NCBI GenBank assembly: GCA_017499595.2
Contig: CM038998.1
Span: forward strand, 930,001 to 994,000
DNA length: 64,000 nucleotides
Direction of reading: 5' to 3'
From: Psilocybe cubensis
Taxonomy: Eukaryota
Below are positions 39,584 to 52,215 of the stretch, piece after piece. The translations under genes were made by a program, and so were the position numbers. The notes under the pieces are model-generated. The model was not told the origin of the DNA. It did no database searches and worked only from the letters and a program-made list of their open reading frames with translations. The first letter of the stretch is position 1. The number at the start of each line of letters is the position of its first letter.

Positions 39584-40317
39584 CTTAGATTTCGTGGCGT
39601 TGAGAACGAAGAATGAGAAGAGAGACTACCTAGAAAGTTGTTCGTTCAGGATGAAAGTTAAAATGTTTGCTCAGTGCTGCGGAATAGCAACTGGAAACTT
39701 GAAAGCATTGATCATTTCGCAACTAAATAATTTAAGACATTCGATCGATTCATTCGTCGGCCTGAGTATGGACAAGTTGGGCGGGTGATGTGTGCCCAGG
39801 AAGAATATTTGGAGTCGGCAACAACAATTAGTAGCGATCGGTCTTAGACAGTGTTGGAGGGTTCGCTTGGAATGACTGTACGTAGTGCAAGCACAGTGCA
39901 ATTCTGAGTACCGAAAGAAAATGAAACGAACATATTAATCATAAAAATTCATTGTTCGTAAAGATATGCTGACTTTGCACTGACTGCATTCTCCGTCTTA
40001 TGATTTGCGGCACCAAAACAGGTAATCTCAGGACTTATAAGATTCTGTGTAATCTGAAATAGGGGTTTTGAGAAAGAAATGGGGTAGAGGAATAAACAAA
40101 GCTTTCACACACTTTTACCGAAACACCGATGATTTTTCGTGCTGCATTAGAGATAGCGCCTGTGAGGTCAGTTATGTGTCCAACAGATCAACTTCCAAAT
40201 AGGGGCGGCCCGGTTACCAAAAGTAGCCGGACGTTCGGAGTGAACGATGGACTTCAATCGAACAAGTTCTCGTTCATAACTGCAACTAACGATAGCTCAC
40301 CAACCGACTTGCCCGAC

Positions 40318-40936
40318 ATGACAGAATCCAATCTCAAATCCAGGAGACGATCAGACTATGCCTTTTTTCTATCGTACCGTACAAGATGGTTAGTAAACCT
40401 ATAGCAATCAAAGTGCTCGTGCAACTCATTGAACGAGCATATAATGATGATGGTCCGAATTTTCCACTTTGTGTTGACCATATAGGAGTGATAACGACCA
40501 ATACTCACATATTAACAACTCGGTTTACTATCATCTCTTTGACTCCATAGTCAACACGTATCTCATTGAGAAGTGTGGCCTGAATCCAACAGCCTCTCCT
40601 CTGATCGGGCTCGTCATTTCTTCATACTGCAACGTGAGTGATATTTCCTATTGCCACGTTAGAATACAGGTGACACATCCTGTTTAGTTCTTCTCCCCAC
40701 TGTCGTTCCCCCAGGTCCTTGATCTCGGGTTACGCGTTAACAAGTTGGGCAACAGCTCAGTGTCCTACGAAGTTGGAGTATTTGAAGAAGGAAAGGATGC
40801 ACCGGCAGCTGTTGGAGGATACACCCATGTATTTGTCGGAAGTGTTTCTCGAAAGAGCTCGCCAATGGCCGAGGAAACGAAGGATGGTCTGGCAAAGTTA
40901 TTGAAGTCGGTTGACAAGAAAGTAGCCAAGTTGTAA
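40318..40936 (+). CDS. Hotdog-fold thioesterase (4HBT/YbgC-like)
   Basis: Spliced YRTRW SDNDQYSHINNSVYYHLFDS...GLRVNKLGNSSVSYEVGVF...GGYTHVFV. Confidence 0.88.
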
Positions 40937-41238
40937 AAGCCGAGTCAATAAATAACAGTAGCACATAGATGCCCCAGGGAACTCGATGTGTTTATAGCTG
41001 AATGTCGCTCTTATTGCTGTACAATCAAAGAACCATATCAATGTTTAGAGAAGAAAGACAGCAAAGGCGAAGGAGGCTTTTCGATTAATAGACTGGGAGT
41101 GTCCAAATATGGCAAAATGAGTGTCTAATGTTTGCGTTTGTTATGCAAGGTCCAGCTGTACAGTTTATGCCCAGCCACCGAACCGATTTGGCGTGCGTCC
41201 GTCGTCGTGAAGCGCGATCCTCAAGAATCTCCCTCAAA

Positions 41239-42198
41239 ATGTCGTCCGACCTCCAGTGGCTCCTTCTCCGCGTATGTTTATCTTGGAACAGCAATAATGG
41301 TCGAAGCGCTGACATATGGTGTAGAAAAACAGCTCCTTCATCGTGAAGCGAGTTCCTGAGGGACCAGTCTTCTCCAAGGAGCCCGTGCGTTTTGTCCGTT
41401 GAAGTCTTGGTCTGGAGGTGCTGAAATTCGTAGTAGGGAAACCTCCGCAACTTGAACTCCTTCAAGTACTCCGGTCTTGCCAACTCCAAGGTGCGCTTTG
41501 TTAGCCTATGTCAAATCTGATTCGGATTCTCATTTCTTATTTATCTAGACCATTGACGTCAAGGAGCAGGCCGGCAGCATCAAGATTGTTACTCGCAAGG
41601 TCAAAGCCTCCCCTCACGCTGTTGGAAAGGCCTACGCCACCACTTCCATTCGCCCCCGATCAGGAGGACGCCGCGCTCTTGGTGTTGCTTCTGGTATCGC
41701 TAAGCGCGGATACCGCCCTGACCTCCGCACTGTGAGTATCAGATTCATTCATATATCATTTTTGGCCTCTTTTTCTTCTTCATGTACAAAATGTATGTTT
41801 CTTTTATCCAACTCGACGCACTCCCAGTAGAACCCTCTGGACATACTGCAAAGTAAATGAAGGAAGGGTGTGGAAATCTGTGCAAAATCAACCCCATTTA
41901 CTGGAGCCGATCAAACTCCAGTAGATACCTCGCCTTGTCGCTATCGGGCACCGTTCGATGCTCCTCGCGGATGTACCGACTCGTTGGTGATAACATCTTT
42001 TGACTGAACTATGCTTATTTTTGTTTCCCTTTTCAATGCTCTATTTGCATCCTATCTTGCAAAGATCGATATTGACACTTGTCTTGTGCTTAGGCTGCCC
42101 TCGCTCGCGTCTCTGCTCTCATTGCTGCTCAGCGGGAACCCAAGCCTTCACCGGCGAAGAAGGTCAGGGGAAAGAAGGCTGCTACTTTCCTCGGATGA
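41239..42198 (+). CDS. RPL28: 60S ribosomal protein eL28 (L28e), 5 exons
   Basis: MSSDLQWLLLR KNSSFIVKR...FSKEP GNLRNLNSFKYSGLANSK...GYRPDLR AALARVSAL...FLG*. The last intron (41732-42093) is 362 nt, far longer than the gene's other introns. Confidence 0.95.
41818..41998 (+). ncRNA. Candidate intronic box H/ACA snoRNA
   Basis: Hairpin 1: GCAC 41818-21 / GTGC 41880-83 lower stem and ACCCT / AGGGT upper stem. H box AAATCA at 41885-90, 15 nt from the upper stem. Insert hairpin TACTGGAG/CTCCAGTA. Hairpin 2 closes TTGTCGCTA/TGGTGATAA, then ACA at 41993-95 plus 3 nt. Confidence 0.65.
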
Positions 42199-42463
42199 TT
42201 GTATTTGTATCGCTCCCACTTCTACACACTCTGGTTCATGCATATGCAATATACAACCATGCCCCATGCCACTCACTGCTATCCATTAAGTTATTCGAAG
42301 TTTGCTTTGATATGAAATTGTTACATCCTTTGGCTACAAATACATTATACAGAGCACAGGGTTTCGATGAATATGTTACAAGTTAAACCCGCAGCCAGAT
42401 ATTGGTCTTGGATCGCTTCCAACGTTTGCAATAGCAAAGCAAACGAGATTCGTCCTCTCTCCT

Positions 42464-42956
42464 TCAAACACCGAGGGATTTACCTGCAGGCTGGGAGATT
42501 CGCATCCCCATTCCATGACTCTTGCTGATGTTAGCTTCTCGTGTAGGCCGAGTCATTTCGACCTTCCTATGGGCAAGTTCCTGCAACTTCTTCTCGATTT
42601 TCTCTTTCTTTGGAATTTCTTCCTCGTTGTGTTGGTAGTTGTGGTGGAGTGGTGCATCTCCGCCAGTTGGAGGTGCAGGCCTTGGATAATCAGGAGCTGC
42701 TTCATCTACCTTGGAGGTGTCTGTGTTGGTAGTCTCTCTGTATTTCTCTTAGAGTCAAGATCCGCAACATTAGGCAAGCTTTCACGTACACATGCGAATG
42801 TGGCTTGGGCTTCGCGGAGATCGAGAGGCGCCTGCCTCCGACTTTCACTGGATTCAAGTGGGCCCAAGAGTTGTCGTTAGCTAGTCCACACTTGGTGTAG
42901 TTTGGATTGTTCGACTCACTGGCAGGAGCGTGCGAGATGGTAGCGGTCTGTGCCAT
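42464..42956 (-). CDS. DAP1/Dap (death-associated protein 1)-like small protein, 122 aa, 3 exons
   Basis: Exons 42956-42920, 42847-42790 and 42737-42464 (369 nt, in frame). Donors GTGAGT and GTACGT, CAG acceptors. Product MAQTATISHAPAMKVGGRRLSI...LQELAHRKVE...GMRISQPAGKSLGV*. Confidence 0.75.
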
Positions 42957-43579
42957 ATTGGATGAGAGCAATGATAGGATGGTCTTGTTCTCTGGGTACT
43001 AGTAACAGGGCTAAAGCTAGTAAACAAGGTGTAGTTCTGGGGCAAGGTTGTCCGGATCCCACCTCTAGTTGGAGTTCCAGGGGCCAGGCCGTGCGCCAAT
43101 AGTGCTAATTATACTTTCGCACGTGGATCGGAGGTACCCACTCTCGACCTCATGACCTCGGGCGTCGCCAGACGTGTCTAGGTAGCAAGCACAAACAAGG
43201 CTTTGAGACATTTCTGTTTGGAAGATCAATTGCATTGGATAGTTTTGCATTAGCTAGGTAAAACCGTCGAAGTTGAATGGGTCATCGCAGTGATCTGATG
43301 GGAGGGGCCACGGACACCGGCGCTTAGCTTCAGCGCCTAAATAACTTGAATGAAAAAAAGGACAAAACAATCAAAGTACTCCAAAAGAATCAGATTTTTT
43401 TCTTACGTTCGACACAGAGAAGGCTAAGTAACTTACGATCGTCCTGCTATAGCACAATCATGGTTTCAACAACCAAGGCGAGGTTGTGGAAGATAGGTTG
43501 TTTTCAAACTCAAAAGATCATTGGCAAATCACCATTAAACAAAACAATCTAATTATACTAGATACTTCTGGCACAAAGC

Positions 43580-46287
<2,708 letters not shown>

Positions 46288-46728
46288 CACACTGATTCGC
46301 CCCTCTTTTAGCGATTTTTGGCGTTTTATTGAGGATTTGGGAGGGGGACTGAATGAACACTGAAATGTGGGTCTAAATTTTGGTAGCCGTTGAAAGCAAA
46401 CAGACGAAAACAGAGCGATGAGCTCGAACACAGAAAAAAACTAGATTCCTTATGTTCATCGCAAGTTTCAAGGCCTTACTATAATTCTATTTACCTATAG
46501 CAGCTCGTCTAACTGCATGAAATTTATCCGAGTCCAAGTCAAACAGATGAAGGTTTTAACGAGCGCCTTGACTTCTGAGTTGTCATTCACCTAGAATATG
46601 TAATTTCCTAGATTTGAAGGGCTAATCTTGCTGCTTGAATAGCATCCCACTTCTCCTATTTATCCCGATATGACCATGTTTATTTTCCAAGGGATGAGTG
46701 TAATAGTACATGCCATCCTTTCTACCTG

Positions 46729-47915
46729 TTACTTCTTCAGTTTCTCAGTGAGTTCTGGGACAACTTCAAAGAGGTCAGCAACAAGGCCAACATCAGCCAC
46801 CTGGAAGATAGGCGCATCTGGGTCCTATAAAATGGGAGAAGAATGTCAATATCCGAAAACCTGACCACTAAAATTGTCAATAAACAAACCTTGTTAACAG
46901 CCACAATAAGTTTCGAATCTTTCATCCCCGCCAAATGCTGGATAGCACCCGAGATACCAATGGCCATATACAGCTCCGGTGCGACGACCTTACCCGTCTG
47001 ACCAACCTGTAGCGAATTGTCCGCATACCCAGCGTCCACCGCTGCGCGCGACGCACCCACCGCAGCACCAAGCGCGTCCGCTAGCGGGTATAACGTCTTC
47101 TCAAACGTCTCCGCGCTCTTCAACGCGCGCCCACCAGACACAACGCGCGAGGCAACGCCGAGGTCCGGTCTGTCCGATTTGGCGATCGTCGTTTTGACGT
47201 GCACCGTCGTCGGGTTTGCAACCTCCACGGGGTCCACAGCCTTCACCTCTGCAGCATCGGCCTCCGACGCGGGGGCAGGCGCAAAGGCCGTCCCGCGCAC
47301 GGTGAAAAACTTGACGGGGAGCGAGCCAGGCGCGCGCACGGTCGAAACGGCGTTGCCCGCATAGATGGGGCGGGTGAAGGTCGTGCTGCCGGTAGCGGCG
47401 TCGTGCTCGAGCGATGTGACGTCTGAAACGGTCGGGGCATCCAGGCGCGCGGATACCCGCGGGAGGAGAGACTTGGCGGAGGACGACGTCGCGCCTACGA
47501 CGTGCGTGAAGGCATTGTCGGCGAGCAGCTTCTCAAGAAGAGGCGAGAGTGTCTCTGGGAGCGGCTCGGCGTACTGTGGGGAGGATGCGTGCAGCACGGA
47601 TGTCACTCCTTTGAATCTGTCGTTTTTTAGAGCGAAAACAAGAGCCGTGGTTTAGAACATCGGGAGAAACGCAAATGCCGGGATGAACACCCACTTTTTA
47701 GCCTGATCCACGACACCTTGTACATGTTCCGAACTGCCTACGACCAAAGCTGAGACCTTGCCTCCGAGCTGGCCAGCAGCAGTCAACGCCGACAGCGATC
47801 CCGAATCGATAACACCCGCACGATGCTCGAGAAATACGAGTGCATGTGGGGAGGCAGCCGTCGCGTATGATCGAGAGAGCGCACTGCGGCAGATTTTGGA
47901 GCTTGTGCGCAACAT
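46729..47915 (-). CDS. ETFA: Electron transfer flavoprotein alpha subunit, mitochondrial
   Basis: Mitochondrial presequence, [57 protein letters not shown]. Confidence 0.96.
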
Positions 47916-48283
47916 CGGGGAGAGTATTGTGGTATATCTATATTATGCGATCGTTGTACGGCGCCTCGTGGGTATTTGGGTAGCCCTCGTCGTTCGTGGG
48001 CGTAGTCGAATGCTAAGACGGATCCTGGGGTGCAGTGAGCAAACACTTTCCGGATCCGGCTCTGTAAAATCATGTGTCTTTTCGGCGAACTCGCACGATA
48101 TGACGAAATGGTTGTCCACCTGTCCCCTAAATATAACCATCTCATACTTGATCTCAAGCTCGCTTTCCAACGCAAGAAATAATGTTCGGCCAATGATATT
48201 TCACATTTAAGTACTTTTGAATTCTTTATTATATGTTCCTTCCATAACTGGCACGACTTAAGGAAGTAAAATATATGCTCTGT

Positions 48284-49434
48284 TTACGATCCTCCAGTAA
48301 ACTCTCCACCTAGTCAAGAGCCATTAGAAAAGACGAAAGAGGAAAAAGGAAGAATATCCGACTCACTGTTAACATGAATAACTTGGCCAGTTACAATATT
48401 GCTATCACTCGAAGCCAAAAACACGTAAGCCGGTCCAACCTCAGCAGGTTGTCCAGCGCGACCGTGCAGAGGTAGCCCGACACCGAGACCTTCCATATTC
48501 TCAGCAGAGCGTGATCCAGCTTGAAGAGCAGTAATGATAGGGCCGGGAGCCACTCCGTTGACACGAATGCCCTTGGGGGCCAATTGGGTCGCAAGAGCGC
48601 GGGTGAAAGTTACGATGGCACCTTTGGTGGAGCTGTAGTCCACTAAATATGTGATGGTTAGAGGTGGTAATGAAATGAAACGAAGGATCCTACCAAGACC
48701 AGCTGATCCTCTGTAGGCCGTCACTGACGTGGTGTTGATGATAGCAGAACCTCGCTTGAGATGAGGAAGTGAATATTTCGTAACAGCGAACATCTGGAGA
48801 ATGTTGGAGCGGAAAGTGCTCTCAACCTTCTTCAAGTCGATTTCCTCAAAATTCTTGTTCATTCTGATTAGGATAACACAGTTAGTTGCATGAAATAAGA
48901 AGAAATCAATGCACCTACATTTGCTTAGAAGCGTTGTTCACCAATATGTCGAGTTTACCAAACTTCTTCAGGTGGCTGTCGACAAGGTGCTTGCAGTTGC
49001 TCTCTTCCATGAGGTCAACCTCGACAACGTTACAAGCAGCTCCAGAGTCCTCAATCATTTTCTTCGCGTCTTTTGCATCATCTCTTTCTTCAGGAAGATG
49101 GGATATGGTAATTCCAGTGGCGCCTTCGCGAGCGAACATGATGGCAGCAGCACGTCCAATACCGCTGTCTCCTCCAGTCACGATTGCAGTTTTTCCTTTT
49201 AGCCTGCAATGCCAAAATATATCGGTCAAGGAATAGGTGAACAAGATTGACGAGGATCACGCACTTTCCAGAACCTTTATACTCGACAAGGCTGGGCTTT
49301 CCATTGTCGTCCCAGACCTCGAGCTTCGTGTACTCCAAGTGAGGAGACATATCCTTGTCTTGCCCAGGCAAATCCTGCTTCTGTTTCTTTGGGACAGCGA
49401 CGGTATATGCGGTGATGATATCTTCAGCTGACAT
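48284..49434 (-). CDS. Classical short-chain dehydrogenase/reductase (YghA/glucose-dehydrogenase-like)
   Basis: AIVTGGDSGIGRA, ILVNNAS, IINTTS, DYSSTKGAI (YxxxK), GRAGQPAEV. An in-frame upstream ATG lies at 49578. Confidence 0.92.
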
Positions 49435-50023
49435 ATTGTGCGACGGTGATGAGTGAAATAAACGGTTTAGATAAAAAGTAGCTGAAAGTCGGGGTTGAAA
49501 TTTCAAGTTGTGATAGGGTCGATGTTGTCTGAGATAAAGAGACGTAAATGGTCTGAGTCTGATATACGCGGTTTCCATTGGAGAATTGGAGAGTCCAGGT
49601 GTGGCGTTGTATTTGAGCCGTCCATTGGCGCGTCTCCTATGATGTCAGGAATTGCTCAAAAGTTTGGAGTCGCGGTTTTGTCGTGCGGGCCCTGAGACAT
49701 TCACCCAATGCTTGTGTTCGAAATGGTCATTGTTGACGTGAATTGGGCTACATGGCACGGGCGAAGCCCATCATTAGTCGCTCTTCGCGTATGGTTCTGG
49801 TCAAGGTTTGTGAAATCAATTACAAGGCCATGACAGCAGCCACGGCAAATGCCGAATAGCTCTTTCCTTCACCAGCTTTCGACCACTTTTGACAACTGAG
49901 TCAACAATGAGCCCCGGAAGCAAATATCAGGGTCCCACTGCCTTTTTTCAAGCCTTTAGATCGCCCAAATGACTATCTCTTTCCACACTATCACTTCACA
50001 TTCCCCAAGCATGCTAAAGACCA

Positions 50024-52215
50024 ATGAAGGGATATTCGTTTAAAAATGATCCTCCCATACTCGACCCGCCACTGTCCGATGACTCCCCGGGAGGCGCAAT
50101 AGACCCGCAAGATGCAGAACACAACCCCGACCACGAGCTATACTGGGCTTACGGGACACAGGCGGGAGGATGGAAAATACCCTGGCCGAAGTCAATCTTC
50201 AGAGGGCGGTGTCTGAACAGTCTGCCATACAGGTACCTCACATGGTGTTATCAGAAATTTAAGCCTGCGGTGAGTGTTAGTCCGACAGTCGGTATTCCAA
50301 GAACTGGAGGCCTGACTCCCATCTGGCCATTACTAATCTTGAATGTAGAGAGAATTTCAGACGGCATTCGAGCAATAAAACGAAGGCCTTAAAAGCTGCA
50401 TCGACGAAAATTACAAAGATTTCCGTGTCACTTGCGGCAGAAAACACCGCGGCCAGCGTCTGCGCCAGTGCCGCGACAAGCGCTGGTTGACATGGCTCGT
50501 CTCATGGGCCAAACGGACTCCAAAATTCTACATTCTAGTGCGTATCTCCTGTCTTTGCTGACTTTGACCCACCACCTACAGCATTCGCGCTCATGCTACG
50601 ATTCTTCCGACAGCACTAAGTATTCATTTTGGCTGCTGAGACATTCCTCGCAAACCCGGGACATCAGGAGGTGCATCGCGATATCGGCGAGCGTATGAGT
50701 AGCACTGAATACGAAGACGAGATCTGGGAGGCTGAACGTGAATGCGGCGGAATTCTTTGTGGGTATGCCGATCTACTTCTCGATGATGATGACCAAGTGG
50801 ACGAAGATGAAGAGGAAGATTCGGACGATTCGGACGATTCAGAAGATCGCGGACCAATGAACGTGGACCACGAAGTGAATGAGGATGAAGACATGCATGA
50901 AGATGAGGACGACGATGGGTTTATAGTTCCGGACACCTATGTGGAATACGAGGACGATACTGAGAATAGCACCGATTCCGATTCCCCTGCAAATTCTGGT
51001 CCGACTGCAAAGTTCACATCGCCTCGTCAAAAGAAGAAGGGCCGTAGAAAATCTTCCTCCACAGCCTCGCGCAAGAATGATGACGATGACGATGATATAC
51101 GCAACTTCGTAGTCCCGGACACTTACGTGGAGTATGAGGATGGCTTTGAACTGGACAGCGACGCCAATTTCGCTGAGGCAGACGACTCTCCTGCCAAATC
51201 GCATATGAAGCACAAACAATCCTCTCCAAAGCACAGTCGTACGACCAAGACACATTCGACCTCTTCACAGAAGGATGATATACGCAACTTCGTAGTCCCG
51301 GACACCTTCGTCGAGTATGAAGATGGCATCGAGTGTGAAACCGACTCCAGCTCTACCGAGAGCGACGGAACCATCATTCGCACTGCTGCAAAGTCTCATC
51401 ACAGGAAACAAACACATCAGCAAGCAAAAACCTCCCGTAGGGATCATAGGACATCTTCTAAGAAGGGCGACGATGATGATATCAGAAATTTTGTCGTGTC
51501 TGACGATTGTGTGGAATACGAAGACGGCGCCGAACCTCCTGAAAGCGATTCTGAAAGCTCTGATGATGAGTTTACTTGTGGTGCTGCTGCGAAGTCCAAA
51601 CCCAAGTCGCGTACCAAGAGGAGGCGGTCGTCGCAGAAGAAGGGGACACCCCGGACCACAACCATCTCTTCACGCACGCGGTCTAAGACGAAGCCCTATC
51701 CAAAGAAAAAAGGATCTCAGCTGTGTGTTTGTGTTTGACCTGGACTTGCAATTTGCATTGATTTTTGGCCTTTGATTTTAGGAAGAGGAAATATAGAAAT
51801 GACGCCGAATACGACGGTGGAAAGTATGCTCCCGATGATGAAGACGAACTGGTTGAATCTCGTGACGAAGCTCTGGAAACTAGCTTGCCTACAACAGTCA
51901 GCTACACAGAGCTGGACGATGAATCCGAGGACGAAGACGACGATATTCCGTTGACACAACTCGCAGAGAAATCTCTACCGGGACACTCATCCTCTGACTC
52001 GGAGAGCGACGAACCTCCAGCGAAGAAACGAAAAACCAAGAATATCATGTCTCAAGATGACTTCGGAAGGAAGTTTGAAAACCGTGGACTTGGTCCGTAC
52101 CCCTTCAACTTATCATTCACATTCCTTTGTCAATAATAAGCTAATGTGCGGTGCATTAGATGGCCATCCCTTGAAGCGTTTGCGTCATTTGTCGAGGAAT
52201 ATCCATAGTACATAG
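50024..52215 (+). pseudogene. Paralog A of an uncharacterised family (duplicated GK-x-G...LP..YL.W module plus acidic repeat tail), with premature stops
   Basis: Exon 1 YWAYGTQAGGW...FRGRCLNSLPYRYLTW. Exon 2 has in-frame TAA at 50376-78 where the paralogs have Tyr. Exon 3 probably has TAA at 50617-19. 3' end approximate. Confidence 0.65.
50911..51530 (+). repeat. Four coding tandem repeats (about 185-200 nt period) with core DDIRNFVVPDT(Y/F)VEYEDG
   Basis: Cores near 50911, 51091, 51274 and 51475. GATGATATACGCAACTTCGTAGTCCCGGACAC is identical at 51091 and 51274. Confidence 0.85.

Noticed and set aside
41818-41998. Identification as snR30/U17, or assignment to a specific rRNA pseudouridine
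   Set aside because: The m1/m2 motifs of snR30/U17 were not found, and only partial one-arm matches to rRNA could be made from memory.
50911-51530. CRISPR-like array
   Set aside because: The repeats are in-frame coding units with ~190-nt period in a eukaryotic gene, and there are no cas genes.
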